From Podarcis erhardii (lineage: Eukaryota), in the NCBI GenBank assembly GCA_964252035.1, contig OZ176203.1: a stretch of DNA of 64,000 nucleotides; one strand, written 5' to 3'. The translations under genes were made by a program, and so were the position numbers. Positions within the stretch are counted from its first letter, which is position 1. Every line of letters begins with the position of its first letter. Of the stretch, positions 13,201-26,100 are shown piece by piece. Under the pieces are notes generated by a model that was not told where the DNA came from, did no database searches, and saw only the letters and a program-made list of their open reading frames with translations.

Positions 13201-13930
13201 TTACACATACAGAGTATTTTTATTGTGCTCAGGGTTTTTAACATATCTGTGTGAAGAAGAAAAAAACCCCCCTCACAATTTTACATTAGAAGGGTGAGAC
13301 ACGTGGTTTAATATCATAAATAAATAGCCCTTGTTTCACACAATGCAACCCAAAGAAAACCATGTCCTCTTTAGTGCAAATGGGAAGGAAAGGCTTAAAC
13401 AGTCCCTCTTCGTGTGGATGTTGGGGTCCCAAGTAAAACTGCCAGCTCCCTCCCCGATATTGATTTCAAAACACCCACACAGCCCTACCACCTAGGCAGC
13501 CCTTAAATATTAGTTCTATAAATTTTATGGGGCAAAATGGAAGCAGTAAACCCTTTTCTAAAATTATTGTTTCCTACTCCATAATGTTTTAGCTGTTCTT
13601 ATTTTATCTGTCAGCAGCCTTGAGTCAGGTAAAAGGCAGGGTAGTAGTAGTAGTAGTACTAGTAGTAAATAAGTTTGTTTATTGAAGTGCTTATGTTCAT
13701 GGGAATACATGACTCAAGCTTGCCTTGACTTATTAATTTGGTTAGCTGGTGGATTTTTGTTCGGTTGGGTTGATTTTTTCTAAGCCTAACCCTGTCTTTT
13801 AATTGGATTGTTTTACTTATGCTATAATGTTTGCTTTATTGGATTCCTTTAACTTGTTTTTAACATTTATGTGAGCAGCTTTGTGCACTGATAACAAAAA
13901 GGCCTGATAGGAATTCTCCTAATAAATTAA

Positions 13931-15445
13931 TGGGCAACAATTTTTTACTTTTTGAATGTTGTCTAGATTTCTACAACTGATTTAGGGTATTTTTGCACTG
14001 CTGAATCAGGAAATGGCATCCGTTTCTCTCCATCAGGTCAGGTTTACTGTAAACTGAATGGTGAGCATTGATAAAGGTAAGTACACGTAAATTGCATGTT
14101 GCTTCACCATTTTTCAAACTTCAGGGCTTGAACTTCCGTTTCTTGGAACTCCTGGAATGCTCAGCGCCAGGGAGGTCTCTCTTCAGAGTCCAACAGTAGT
14201 CAGCCATCATGACTGCGTCCCAGCGACCCTGATACCTGGTCTCCATCTCTTTCATGTCCTGATGGAATCTCTCCCCCTGCTCGTCACTCATTGAACCCAG
14301 GTTCTCAGGAAACCGGTCCATATGTGAAAATAGGTAGTGCATCTTGACGCTCATGTTGCAGTCCAGGTTTCTGAAAGCAGTCAGCATGTTGTTGACAAGT
14401 TCTGCGTAGTTTCTGGCCTTATTGTTGCCAAGAAAGTTCTTCACTACCAGAACAAATGCCTTCCACGCTTCCAGTTCCACTTCGTTCATTGAGTTTCCGA
14501 ACTCTGGATCTCTGATGAGCAGACGGATCTGAGGACCGTCAAAGATGCCAGCTTTCAACTTCTCCATGGTCAACCCTAGAAAAGCCTGGCACAAGTAAGT
14601 GAAGCAGTCACCATCCTTGTCCAGAGCCTTGGTGAACTGCTTGATTAAGCCAAGCTTGATGTGCAGCGGTGGGAAGACTATTCTGTCTCTGTCCACCAGA
14701 GGGTCGTTGATGACGTTCCTTTTTCTGCAAGGCACCAATTCCTCCCGCACAGGGCAGTCCTTCTTCGTGTAATGCTGAGCACAATCCCACATGCACAGAA
14801 AACATGGGTACTTGGTGAAGCCAGACTGTTGTCCCAACAAAAAGTTCACCAGCTTCAGGTCAACACATATAAACCACTTATGCTGATCATAACCAATTTT
14901 CTCCAGCACATACTTCACCGCTTCATAGTTCTCCTTCAGTGTACTCGAGTGAGCCAGGGGTATAGAGGCAAACTGGTTGCCTTTGTGTAGCAGAACACAT
15001 TTCAGTGATCGCTTGCTGCTGTCAATGAACAGTCTCCAATCTTTGGGTTCGTACTGTGGCACTCCAAGCTTGAGCAGAAGCTGCACAATATCTGCACAGT
15101 ACACCAAGTCCTTCTCTTCTGAGAAAAAATGGAGGTTTTATGACTTCAAACTGATCCTTTTTCGACATAATCACCCAGAACTATCAGACCTGAATACTTC
15201 TTGTCATTAAAATAATCATTTCCAATCAAAACAATTATTCAACATGGCATTTTACCCCCACCAACTTCTTCTAAAATGCTCCACACAAGCGTACATGTGA
15301 ACAAAAATGTAAAAAAACGACATGTGGCCATAGCTCAAAAACTTGACCTGATTGAGCAAAACCAATGTGATTTTTGGATTCAGCGCATCAGATTCATCCT
15401 AAATCAACTGAAAAAATGCAGATAAAAATTTGTTGTTGACCAGCG
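13931..15445 (-). mobile_element. Chapaev3 (CMC superfamily) DNA transposon, internally deleted
   Basis: Imperfect TIRs: left TGGGCAACAA..CTGATTTAGG..GCTGAATC versus right reverse complement CGCTGGTCAACAA..TTGATTTAGG..GCTGAATC. TAA flanks both ends. Contains the transposase ORF. Confidence 0.88.
14121..15107 (-). pseudogene. Chapaev3 transposase catalytic core (328 codons open, N-terminus missing)
   Basis: Motifs LFIDSS, CVDLK, PCFLC, PPLHIKLGL, SDEQGERFHQD and MMADYCW are present, with a C-terminal SKKRKFKP. There is no ATG; the frame is closed by an upstream TAA at 15138-15140. Confidence 0.9.
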
Positions 15446-15559
15446 TAAATAATGCCCTCAGATTAGATATATTGGAAATATCAACTGATTTCTTCTCGAG
15501 TTGCTATGCCACTCTAAGGTAGATTTCAAGTGGTTTAATGCTCATTTGTGCCGGTTAGT

Positions 15560-15830
15560 TCAGACAGACGCCATCTGCACCAGGCATTGGAAGCAGCGCT
15601 GCACCCTTTTAAACAGTCCTGGCACCCCAGGAAGAATCCTGGAACTGCTGTTTGTGCAGCTTACTGAGAGATGTTCTGATCAGAGAACTACAATTCCCAG
15701 AGTTCCCGGGGGAACGGGTTTGATCATTAAACCTCTCTTGGAATTGTAGCTCCAAGGGAGAATATGGGCCTCCTAACAACTCTCTGCACCCTTACCAAAC
15801 TATATTTCCCAGGATTCTTTGGGGGAAGTA
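15560..15830. mobile_element. Probable lizard non-autonomous element with ACTACAATTCCCAG-type subrepeats
   Basis: Contains aactacaattcccagag, aactatatttcccaggattctttggggga and the inverted ggaattgtagc. Family not assigned. Confidence 0.35.
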
Positions 15831-15867
15831 AGTAATAATGGTTAGAAACAGCAGTGCTTCTGCATAC

Positions 15868-16010
15868 CAGTTGCTGGAAACCACAGGAGGAGACAGGGCT
15901 CAGTGCTTGAATCCTCTTTGAGGCTTCTCACAGGCTTCACACTGTGGGAACAGGACCCTGGACTAGATGGGTCATTGGCCTGACCCAGCAGCTCTTCTGG
16001 CATTCTTATG
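15868..16010 (+). mobile_element. Old CR1 3' UTR remnant
   Basis: cactgtgggaacaggaccctggactagatgggtcattggcctgacccagca...ttcttatg resembles the 3' end at 24480-24545. Confidence 0.55.
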
Positions 16011-16121
16011 ACTGTTGAAAGTGGTGCTGCTTGAAATGTATTGTGCAGATGGGACTTGAGTAACTTACACCTGCTGACCCAGAAGCTAGTCCCACTGCAT
16101 TCAATGGCACAAAGTAAGCTT

Positions 16122-16489
16122 GGATGCAGGTGGCGCTGTGGTCTAAACCACAGATCCTAGGGCCTGCCAATCAGAAGGTCAGGGTTTGAATCCCCACAAC
16201 GGGGTGAGCTCCCATTGTTCGGTCCCTGCTCCTGCCCACCTAGCAGTTCGAAAGCACGTCAAAGTGCAAGTAGATAAATAGGTACTGCTCCAGCGGAAAG
16301 GTAAACGGTGTTTCCGTGCGCTGCTCTGGTTTCACCAGAAGCAGCTTAGTCATGCCGGCCACATGACCTGGAAAAACTGTCTGTAGACAAAACGTCTGCT
16401 CCCTCAGACAGTAAAGCGAGATGAGAGCCGCAACCCCAGAGTTGTTTGGGACTGGACTTAACTGTCAGGGGTCCTTTACCTTTACCTTT
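16122..16489 (+). mobile_element. Sauria SINE, full length
   Basis: Head GGATGCAGGTGGCGCTGTGGTCTAAACCAC, core cctagcagttcgaaagcac...agtagataaatagg, (ACCTTT)n tail. TSD about taagcttg (16115-16122 and 16490-16497). Confidence 0.95.
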
Positions 16490-18589
16490 TAAGCTTGTCA
16501 AGATGCTTTGTCAGATGTAAAAACAAACAAGCAAAACCAAGCATACCAGAGACCAGAGTAAATCTATCATTAGACTTTAACATACCCTCCAAGGAATTTT
16601 AGGGGACACTGTATTCATGGCCAGAGAGCATCTGGTACTATACCCAAATGTTGCTAGCTCTTCAGCCAGGAGATGGTTGCAAACCATGGAAGTCCTTGGT
16701 CTGAACTTTGTGGCCAGAGGTGGGCTGTAGCTTTGAGTTAAGTGGGATGAGGGAAGCTAAGAAGGTCCTGTCTGACCTTATACAGCTACTGAGCTGTTCA
16801 TAGCCTTGTTGATCCTGCAAAACTTCTTGCGACAATAGCTCTGCTTCAGAGAGCATTCCTGGTGGCAGTGTGGGTGGGTGTTTTCCATAGTGGAGCACAG
16901 TGGCAAACGTTTATTTACCCACACTCTTTAGGGCTTCATAGGTCACCACCAGCAACTTCAATGCAATGCATAATGCTAGGGGCAGCTGCTCCAAACACTG
17001 AAATTCTCCCATGGGCTGCACACCCCTGGCATGTAGCGGGCTGCAGTGCTCTGCATTAGTTGAAGCTCCAAAGTGTTAAGAAGGACAGCCCAATGGAAAA
17101 AGCATGTTGCGGTAGTATGTTAGGTTTATGCCTGTCTGAGCATGTTTTACATTGCCATTTTCCCACTAATTTTGTTTGTCCCTGGCTAATTCAAAGCATG
17201 ATGTTCTTTAATAGGTTTCTGTTATGGCTGCTGTTGGAGTCAGGGATCTTTGAAGGAATTAGAATACAAACTGGGTAAATAATGTACCATGTAGATGACT
17301 TAGCATGTATTACATAAAATTTAAATTTTGAATGTATTGCAAAGAGAAACTTAGAGTATTTCTCCTGTGATCATTCATTTGCTTCTGGTTTGTTTAAACA
17401 GAAGAGGAATCAGTAGGTAAATATGCAATTATAACTTTGTGTTGTGAGCTAGAGTGGTGTAAACAATAGATCTTTCTCATTTCTAAGGGTTTGTTTCAGC
17501 ATTTTTTTCCCCTGGATTCCTTTTCTCTATATTACTGGTTCAGCAATTCTTTGCAGAGTTCAATGAGCTTCATTAGCTTATCTAAAGAAAATGGGACTAG
17601 TACTTTTGAGGCAGCCTCTCTGTGACTTTTCTAATTAAATTCCTTCCATCAGACAAGTTGCCCTTTTTGCTTGACAAACATTTGTTCTAATTTGGCCTTC
17701 ATAGTATTTGGCAGTTCTTTAACTCGCCTCCTGCCTGCCCCCCGCCGTCCCATTGAACAGCATCTGCTAGTCAGAGGGATCACGCAGGCTGACATTTACC
17801 CTCCGTGTACTTGCTTATTAAAATACCGCAATACTAGATAAATTTATTAGCTGAATAGAAGTTATATTCTATCCATGACACAGAGCCTTTCCTAACACAA
17901 ATTACTAATGCTTCAACGCAAAACTTTTGATTTATTTTTCGGTGTCGCTCCCTGAGCCTGGCACTGTGGATGGGTTTGTCCTTCCCTCCTGTTTTGACTG
18001 GGCTGGGGCACACAGCTTTTGCTTTGCTCTCTTGGGATGTGGGGGGAAGCTGTTTTGGGAAATGAGTAGGGATTTTTTGGTAGGCCTATGACTGGCCATG
18101 GGGCCTACCCTTCTTGCCTACTCTGTATCGCTTTGCCTTATTACTTCACTAAAAAGCCTCTTCTCATGCAGTTCTGGCAGTAGCAGACCTTTCAGCAGCG
18201 CCGTGTACAAAGGCCACATTGCCTAGTGGGCATTCTTCCAGTTGCAAGCATGACAAAATGGGTGTGGCCTGATGAATGCCACTCTCAAACCTCCATCTAG
18301 GGAATGGGATTATGAGAGTTCATAGCCACAATCCAGGCACTGTAGGAAGATGCAGCACAGGACCAGCCAGGACTGCAGCTTGGGGGAAGGGTGTGTTACT
18401 TGGGTAGTCCCAAGGGTCAGATAGGGAGGCCTGCAATGGGAATTGTAAGTGATGTGCCCACGAAGCCGGCATTGCCTACAGTTCCAGTCACCTCACAGAG
18501 TCAGCTTAAGGTCCAAAATAGTTTAGTGGCTGACCATGCACCTGTTAGCTTATCTCATCCCTGGGGTAATTTATGCTCATAAAGGAAAT

Positions 18590-18670
18590 GAAGCCCTTTC
18601 TCCACGTCCAGTTCCTCCAACAGCCTGGAGGGCCACATTCAGCCTCTGGGCCTGATGTTCCCCATCCCTG
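18590..18670. mobile_element. hAT-type MITE terminal fragment
   Basis: Ends ctggagggccacattcagcctctgggcctgatgttccccatccctg (reverse complement CAGGGATGGGGAAC, a hAT/Charlie-like terminus). The partner end was not found. Confidence 0.45.
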
Positions 18671-19287
18671 TACAACAGTATCATTGCATTTTTTTCTGAA
18701 GCTCATTCCTTTATTTACTCACCCTCACAGGAAGGCTGTCCACGGTGTCTCAGTGCACGATTCGCTCCTCTGCGCATGACTTCTTTGTGTAAGAATGAAA
18801 CCTACCTCCAATTTTATTTCAAAAGAAAGTGTACCCAGCTATCAGAAGTTTTAAAAAATGCTGTCATAATGTATCATCAGCAGGACAGCATCCCACCTAG
18901 TGCATTCTACAAAATAATATACCTGTCGCAGAAAATGGCAACAATCACAGTAGTAGGCAAATATTTCACAGGTAGCTGAGTTTACCATTCTTCAATGAAA
19001 GGCATCAGAGAGGCTCCAGAGTGAAATTGCTGAACTAAAAATTTCCAGCAAATTTGATTCTATTCAATTTTGCCTATTTCATCATATAGGTAATGCCCAA
19101 CTCTGGATGTTGTATGAGGCATTCAAAGTAGTATTGCAACCGGTGACTATCATTCTTAATGGGTCACTCTATGCTCTACTTAGAAATGTGGCAGCCAATG
19201 ATACCTTTTGCATTTCATGGCATTCTGGCCTCACTCTGTATCCGTCTAGCTCGAGACATTTCTCAATGGAGGAAATAGTTCATTCAT

Positions 19288-19410
19288 CAGATGAAGGAGG
19301 GTTTGACCTACAAAAGGTTATGCTACAGTAAATACATAAGTGTTTAAGGTGCCACAGAACTCTTTGGTGGTGTTTTTTTGTTACTAGAAAATAACATGGC
19401 TATCCTTCAG
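19288..19410 (+). mobile_element. Decayed Penelope-like element terminus
   Basis: cagatgaaggagggtttgacctacaaaaggttatgc...taaggtgccacagaactcttt...aacatggctatcc resembles the reptile PLE end pattern CTGATGAAG..GAAAGCT..TAAGGTGCCACA..AACACGGCTA, recalled from memory. Confidence 0.5.
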
Positions 19411-20099
19411 GAATGTGAAGTGATACTTTCTAAAGTCATTTTAGACCAGTATTTTAATAAAGCATGGTTTCTTGGGGACAAAGGGCAGGATACAAATTAA
19501 AAAATATTTTTGCAACCAATTTAAAGTTACAGCATTTATTAAATTAATAGGCTGAATGTTAAAGCAGTGTATTTTATTACACTTTATGAATATACTTACA
19601 GTACAATTCTATGCATGCCAACTCATGTCCATCTGCACACTGACTCCCACCTAAACTTGCATAGGATTTCACCTTTAGTCTTCCAGTGCCGGGTCTCCAG
19701 TCAGTACAATTTAAATCATGTGATAACCATATTTATTTTAGACTGGAACGGAAGTGTCCAATAAGCAAACTGAAGTAAAGTTTCAAGGTTTACTGGCAAC
19801 CTTGGAAGTAAGTGGCTAGTAAGTGCCTTATTAGCTTCTGTACAAATCAGAAATAGCATGTACTTTAGAAGGAAATCTGTGGGATTAGTGTGGCCCATCA
19901 TTTCATTGATCGATAAGAGAGCCTCTCCATGATGAGGAGCTCCTAGACTATGTGCAGTCATTGATTCACTGGTGGAATTCTATTTACCATTGTATGTGAT
20001 TGGCAAGCAGCCATTCATTCAGGCCAGGCCTGTACCATGCATGACCCAGGAGGCAGAACACAGTGCACCCACCATCTATCGAGCTTCAAAGTGTATTCA

Positions 20100-20500
20100 A
20101 TAAACCTGCAGTTTTTGTTTGTTTGTTTGTTTTAAAACATTTCTAAATGTCTAAATATTTCAAAAATCTCTAAGCAGTGTATGCAATGTACAACATAAAA
20201 GCAATATCCATTAAAACTAAAGTACAACCTCAGACCAATAAAGCAGTATACAAAGGCAAATAAACAGAGAATCAGGGGATCACACACAGAAAACAGGGTC
20301 TTATGAGTCAGAGGGCACCTGGGCAAAAAGATCAGTCTTCCCAAGACATCTGAAGCAACTGATGGCAGCTGCTTCGTGTCTGGCAGATGGAAGGGCATCC
20401 CACAGAAAATGCCTTTTTTCAGGTCAGCACACTCTATAACAGTCTGTAGGGCTTGGCGTCTAGAGTAGAATTTCCCCAGATGATCCAAGTGATCTTACAG
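20100..20500 (-). mobile_element. Old L2 3' fragment
   Basis: Minus-strand AT-rich 3' UTR with (aaac)n tail, preceded by a degenerate ORF-end region. Confidence 0.45.
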
Positions 20501-21616
20501 GTCTAAACAGAACTTACAGTTTTTTGCTGCTTGCCTAGATCTACACACAAAGTGGTGTCCGTCTGGTCTGCTGCATTTGACTTGTTGAGTCACAAGTTGT
20601 GCAGGCAGAGCTGAAGGTTTGATTGTTCACAGTGGGGCTATTGGCAAATATGCACAGTCACTGAGGTCCCTGGCAGCATTGTGTTCCTTCACCTATTTTT
20701 TAACACGCTCCAGCATGATTAGCTTGCCAGCCATGTAGTCTGTAAGTAATAGGTTGCAATAGTGGCTGAAATTGACAAGTGCTTAGCCTAGAGCATGGAT
20801 TGAATGTAATTCATATGACTCCCGAGTTAATTTCCAATACCTTTTTCATCAAGTCAGCTGGATAGATGGCTTCTAGCATCTCCTCACTTTATTGGTAAAT
20901 CCCTGTGTCTTTTTTAAATGAAAAAAAGAACCCTGCCATTGCCATGGATTTCTTTTTTCAAATGACAAATAATAAAAAGGCAGGCATTTCTTCTCTTGCA
21001 TGTGCTCCACCCTGTTATCCTTAACTCCAAATGGAGTTCACTTGGTAGGAACATCGCTCATTTAGATTAGAGGCCCTTGCAGCTAACTGCAAGACCTTCA
21101 GCTGTTATTGGAGCACATTTTTCCATGTGGCTCTGTTTAAAGTGATGTTTCTATAGGGACTGCAGGGTGAAATATGGAGTTATCTGGGAGAGTAAATCTG
21201 AGAAGTTGGACAGATGGTGAAGTGTCATTGCATCCACTGAAATGCATTTCAGTTTTATATAAGGGCTGCTTTTGCTCAATTTCAGCTTGCAAAACGAAAG
21301 AAATACAGTTGCTGTCAGTACATTTTTTCTTTACAGATCGATAGCTAAGTCAATATAATCATGATAGATTTTAAACAAATTCATTAACAATCTGATTTGG
21401 TGAAAAGCAGCACGAAACAAAAGAGCTATAAAAACTATTGGAAAGGAACAAAGGTTACTGCAGGAGGTCATGGTAACATCAGCCTCACTAAAACACCCTT
21501 GTGAGATGCAGAGTTGCAGGAGTGTTACTTGCAGTATTTGTGTGTCTGTGGGCATCTGCGTTAGCCTTTCAAGAATACACTTGAGAATGTAATAAGTGAA
21601 CAAGTGAAAACATGTA

Positions 21617-21857
21617 CAGTGGTACCTTGGTTTAAGAACAGTTCTGTTTACGAACGATTTGGTTTGCAAACTCCACAAAACCGGAGGTAGTGTTCTGGTT
21701 TGCAAACTTTACCTTGGTCTACAGACGGAATCCGAATGGTGGAAGGGCACCGGCAGTGGGAGGTTTCATTAGGGAAAGCACACTTTGGTTTAAGAACGGC
21801 TTTGGTTTAAGAACGGACTTCCGGAACAGATTAAGTTCGTAAACCGAGGTACCACTG
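21617..21857. mobile_element. Tigger/pogo-like MITE
   Basis: TIRs CAGTGGTACCTTGGTTTAAGAAC and CAGTGGTACCTCGGTTTACGAAC. TA TSD at 21615-16 and 21858-59. Confidence 0.92.
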
Positions 21858-22694
21858 TATAAGCAAATTTCATACAAAGATACATTAAGAAGAAGGGTTA
21901 GCCTGTGGAACATGTGGAAAGGCCCCTATTTTTCCATTCAGCTGCACTTACCAAGTAACTAAAGCACTGAAGGCTAGTTCTCATATATTTTGTAACAGAA
22001 ATAAGAAAGAAAAAGCACAGGTCACATGACAAATCACAATATAAAATGGGATGGTGTATGAATTTGTTGTTGGTGATCTCTAGCACAGTGTGCTAAACAA
22101 GGAACATTGTGCCTAATTCTGGGACACAAGGAGAAAAAACACTGTGTGTTAAATATTTATTTCCATCAGATACTGTTCTTGTTGCGATCACTTTATTATT
22201 ATTTTGATATTGTTGAAGGGAACAATTTAGTCCTTTCTTAGCCATTCATGCACTGCCATCAAGTAACAACTTAATTTCACCCAGTATTAACTGAGTCAAA
22301 ACAAACTTTTCTGAGACATGGACAAATTGTTGGAGACCATTTTCATTCAACCCTAAAACACTGTCAGGGCTTTCATTCAACGCCCCCCCCCCAATCCCCC
22401 CATCCAATTTGTGCTTTCTAAAATATACAATAAACCACTGGAAGATAGTGTATGGAGGTATGGAGCAACACATCATCAATACACAAAATACACAGAGCTC
22501 TGTGTCTCCTTTCCACCTTTGGCAGGTGCAATTTTCCTATTGTGAATTGATTTCTTTTAACCAGCAATGAGCTGGAAAAGGTGAAAACCAACCCAGACAA
22601 AATAGAGTTGTTTCTAATGCATGGTCATTGTCCATGGAGAAGAAGACACATCTCCTGAATTGGGGCCCCATTCAACTAAGGAGCAATTTAGCAG

Positions 22695-22979
22695 CAGTGG
22701 CAGAGGAAGCCACTTGGGTGCCTGGGGCGGGGCACACCCCAGGGCCTCCGGAGTCTGCCTGCCTCCTCCCACTCAGCCGCCCTACAGCTGGGGGGGGGGA
22801 GGCAGTGGGTGGACGGTTTGGGCAGCACGGAGCCTGCACGTGCCCAATCCACCGCGTCTCTCCCATGGCTCGGGCATGCTGCAGGCCCTGCGGTGAGTGC
22901 CGCCCGGCATTTTGTCACCCCCCTCAGTGGTGACACCTGGGGCAGACCGCACCCCCACCACCCCCTTCCTCTGCCCCTG
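22695..22979. mobile_element. GC-rich hAT MITE
   Basis: 15-bp TIR CAG(T/G)GGCAGAGGAAG and 8-bp TSD tttagcag/cttagcag. Confidence 0.88.
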
Positions 22980-23069
22980 CTTAGCAGTTGGGAATGTTCT
23001 ACGCTGTGAGCTCTTACTGGATGCTCTGGTGTTATCTGTGACTCGGACTGCTCTGTCAAGGGCTCCAAA

Positions 23070-24545
23070 ATGAGCTCCCCAAGCTTGGTGAATATAATAG
23101 AAAATAAGATTCAATGTAGGTAAGTGTAAAATGATGTACATTGGGATGGAAATAAATAAATCTCTCCTTCATATGTATATTGATGATGTCTGAACTTGTA
23201 ACTAGCCAATAAATGATCCTCCTGTTGCATTGGAGAGTTTGGTGAAAATGAAGTCAGGGTGCGGTAGTGGTAAGAAAGATGAATTCCCTATAGTAAGAAA
23301 AATTAGGAAAAAGATTTAAAATGTGAATGCAGTATTGCTTGTTTAAAGACAGCAGTTCTTTGGACAAAAGTGCTCTGTAATTAACAGATACTAAAATTTT
23401 CAAAATTTTGTATGCATGCTTCACCAAATGGCAACCTAGAACTGTGACAAGTGTAATATGGTGTTCTTTTCCACTCTGTGTATCATTGCACATTCTTCAC
23501 TGATGGACTGTTGTCACATGCCACACTGGTTACAACAGTAGATCAGCATGGACTGGGAGGTAGTTGCTGCAGAAGCAGACTAGGGACCAGCAACAAGAGC
23601 AGCTGCTTCACGTCTTGGCAGGCTGATGCAAGGAGGAGTTGAAGGAAAACCATTCCACATATGTGCATTGCCAAAGGGATGTTTTAATTTCCTTCAGAAG
23701 TGAAAAGTTACAACATTGAACAACACAACATGTTCAAGGATGACAGAGTTTGGCTCCTCAGTCTTGCCAGCCATGCAGACTATGCAGGTGCAGGTGCAGG
23801 AAATTAAATTAATTCATCCTCAATCCCCATTTAAATTACAATAGTATTAAACAATTGTTGAATTGAAAGTCAGGGCTCATAATAAATTAGAGAATTATGG
23901 ACCAACTAATTGTGAGTTTTGGCAGCACCCCAAAGTCTACAGTGTGACCACATTTGGAATACTGTGCGACATTCCGGTTGCTCTGCCTCAAAAGGACATC
24001 GTGGAAATGGAACAGAAGGGAAATCAAAATTATCAGTGGGTTGGACCACGTTATCAATAAAGAAGGGTAAAACCTTTGAGGCTTTGTTGTTTAAAGGGGG
24101 AAATATAACAAAGGGGAGTATACAATAGAGGTTTCTAAAATTATGCACACTCTGGCCATGTTAGAATAATTTCTCCCTCGGGTCATCCTATGAACATGAT
24201 TAACAGTATATCTAAGACAGACAAGAGAATGCACTTCACACAACTGATAATAAAATGTTGGCATTCACCACCATAAGACATGGTGACAGCATCTGCCTTC
24301 GGTGGCTTTACAAGGGCATTTGACAAATGTATTGAAGGCAGAATTCTTAGTGGCTCTTCTGTCTACAAGGACCCTCCATGTTCAGAAGTTTTCTGTGTCT
24401 CAATACCTGTTACTGGAAAACAACAAGATGGGATGATTGTTGCCTTCTTTTTGGCTTCTCACCCCCCTGAAGGCATTTGGGCAGCCACTGTGGGATACAG
24501 GATGCTCAGTTAGATGGATCCTTGGCCTCATCCAGCATAACTCAT
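23070..24545 (+). mobile_element. Ancient CR1 LINE, fragmented
   Basis: CR1-like pieces at about 23070-23330 (ttcaatgtaggtaagtgtaaaatgatgtacattggg) and about 23930-24545 (ccacatttggaatactgtg; 3' UTR ccactgtgggatacaggatgct..gatggatccttggcctcatccagc). The intervening DNA is unassigned. Confidence 0.6.
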
Positions 24546-25902
24546 GTGTGCGTCATTTTTTCTCTTCCATCCAGAAGCTGTGTGAAAGGGTGCCTAGCAG
24601 ATCTGCCTACAGATCTATTATTAACACCAGTGACAGACCTTGGGGTCTCAAATTTCAGCAGCAACCTGTGTGACGCCAAAATTCAGCATCAGCTGGCTTC
24701 TCATGTTCCGTTCAAAATCATAATTGTGCACCCTCTGCAACACCCCTGAGGTGCGGTGCCCAGTGCAACCAAACCAGTTGTGCTCCCCTAAATCCGCCTC
24801 TTCTTTACACAGCACACACTCAAGGGTATGGAGTATATAGGCTAGATTCAACAAAACAGTTATGCTAGCATGAGCAAACACAATGAGCCCTGCTAGTGCA
24901 ATGGGGCTTTCCCCCTCTCTTTTCTCTGCAGGCCCCTAATGTCCCCCAGATCAGCTCTGGGGAGTTGGACAATCTCAGGGGGAATTATTTGTGCAGGGAA
25001 GTTAGTCTTAACCCAGTATCCAGCGCACTCCTTGCTTCCTGCTTCTGTGACTGGAAGACTCTTCTTATTGGATGGACTCAAGCATTCCAAGGTCCTGCTG
25101 GAAGGCATTAAAATGGAATACCTTAACTTTTCTGGGGCTTCCCACTTCTTCTGATAGATAACACACAAACTGGTTGCTGGAACAATCCCGGGTCTAGAGG
25201 GATTGTTAATTGAAAAACCCAAGTTTCTTCAGAAAAAAGAGGGATTCCTCCTCTCCCTCTTTGATGAAATATTTGCTTCGTGGCAACATCAGTAATTCCT
25301 CTGGGTTGGGTATATATATAACAAAAATCCCTGCAAGCTACAGCAACCAGATTTGTACACAGTTAGTAAGACAATGTCTGCAAGAGGTGTTATTAGCCAA
25401 GCTACAGATCATTTCTTGCCAATGGCATTTCTTTCCAAAATAGGGAAATGTTCTTTCTTGACAAAAGAAGGGTGAATAAAAGGAAGGAAAGCAAGCAACA
25501 GTGTTTGCACTATTTTACTCACAACTCTGTTGTTCCAAATTATTTGTTCCCAGGCATTTATATACTGCTTTTGATCAAAAAAAGATCACAGAGCAATTTT
25601 ACAGAGGATATTGAACATTACAAGCTAATAATATAGTGTTATGAGTGGGGAGTGGGGAGCAGGCTGGATGCCAGGACCCTTTTAACTACTGGATCCAGCA
25701 AGTGTTAAAATTTAAGTAAGGTTTCCAGTTCCTGGAACAGCCAGGCTAGTTTTCTGGAGAGGTGATGGCCTAGGTACTGGCCCATTAAGAGAACAAAGAA
25801 AGTGGCTTGGCTCTGTGCCAGGTTGCAGATGGGTGGGCCCCACCTCCCTTAACTGAGCTGAATCTAGAAGATGGTTGTTCTGCTAGAAGCAGATGGGAGC
25901 CA

Positions 25903-25933
25903 GAGAGAAAGAGAGAAAGAGAGAAAGAGAGAA

Positions 25934-25982
<49 letters not shown>
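25903..25982. repeat. (GA)n / (GAGAAAGA)n purine tract
   Basis: Directly visible. Confidence 0.95.
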
Positions 25983-25988
<6 letters not shown>

Positions 25989-26100
25989 TGCTTGAATCCA
26001 AGTCTGTGGAGAAGCAAGGTTCTCTTGGGTGCTAATACTGTGAACTCCTCTATTGTAGACTCAGGTTGCATGCATGCGTAAATAAACCACATATCCTAAT

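Noticed and set aside
22621-23141. Several overlapping 90-126 aa ORFs suggesting a CpG-island gene start
   Set aside because: Explained by the stop-poor GC-rich hAT MITE with TIRs and an 8-bp TSD.
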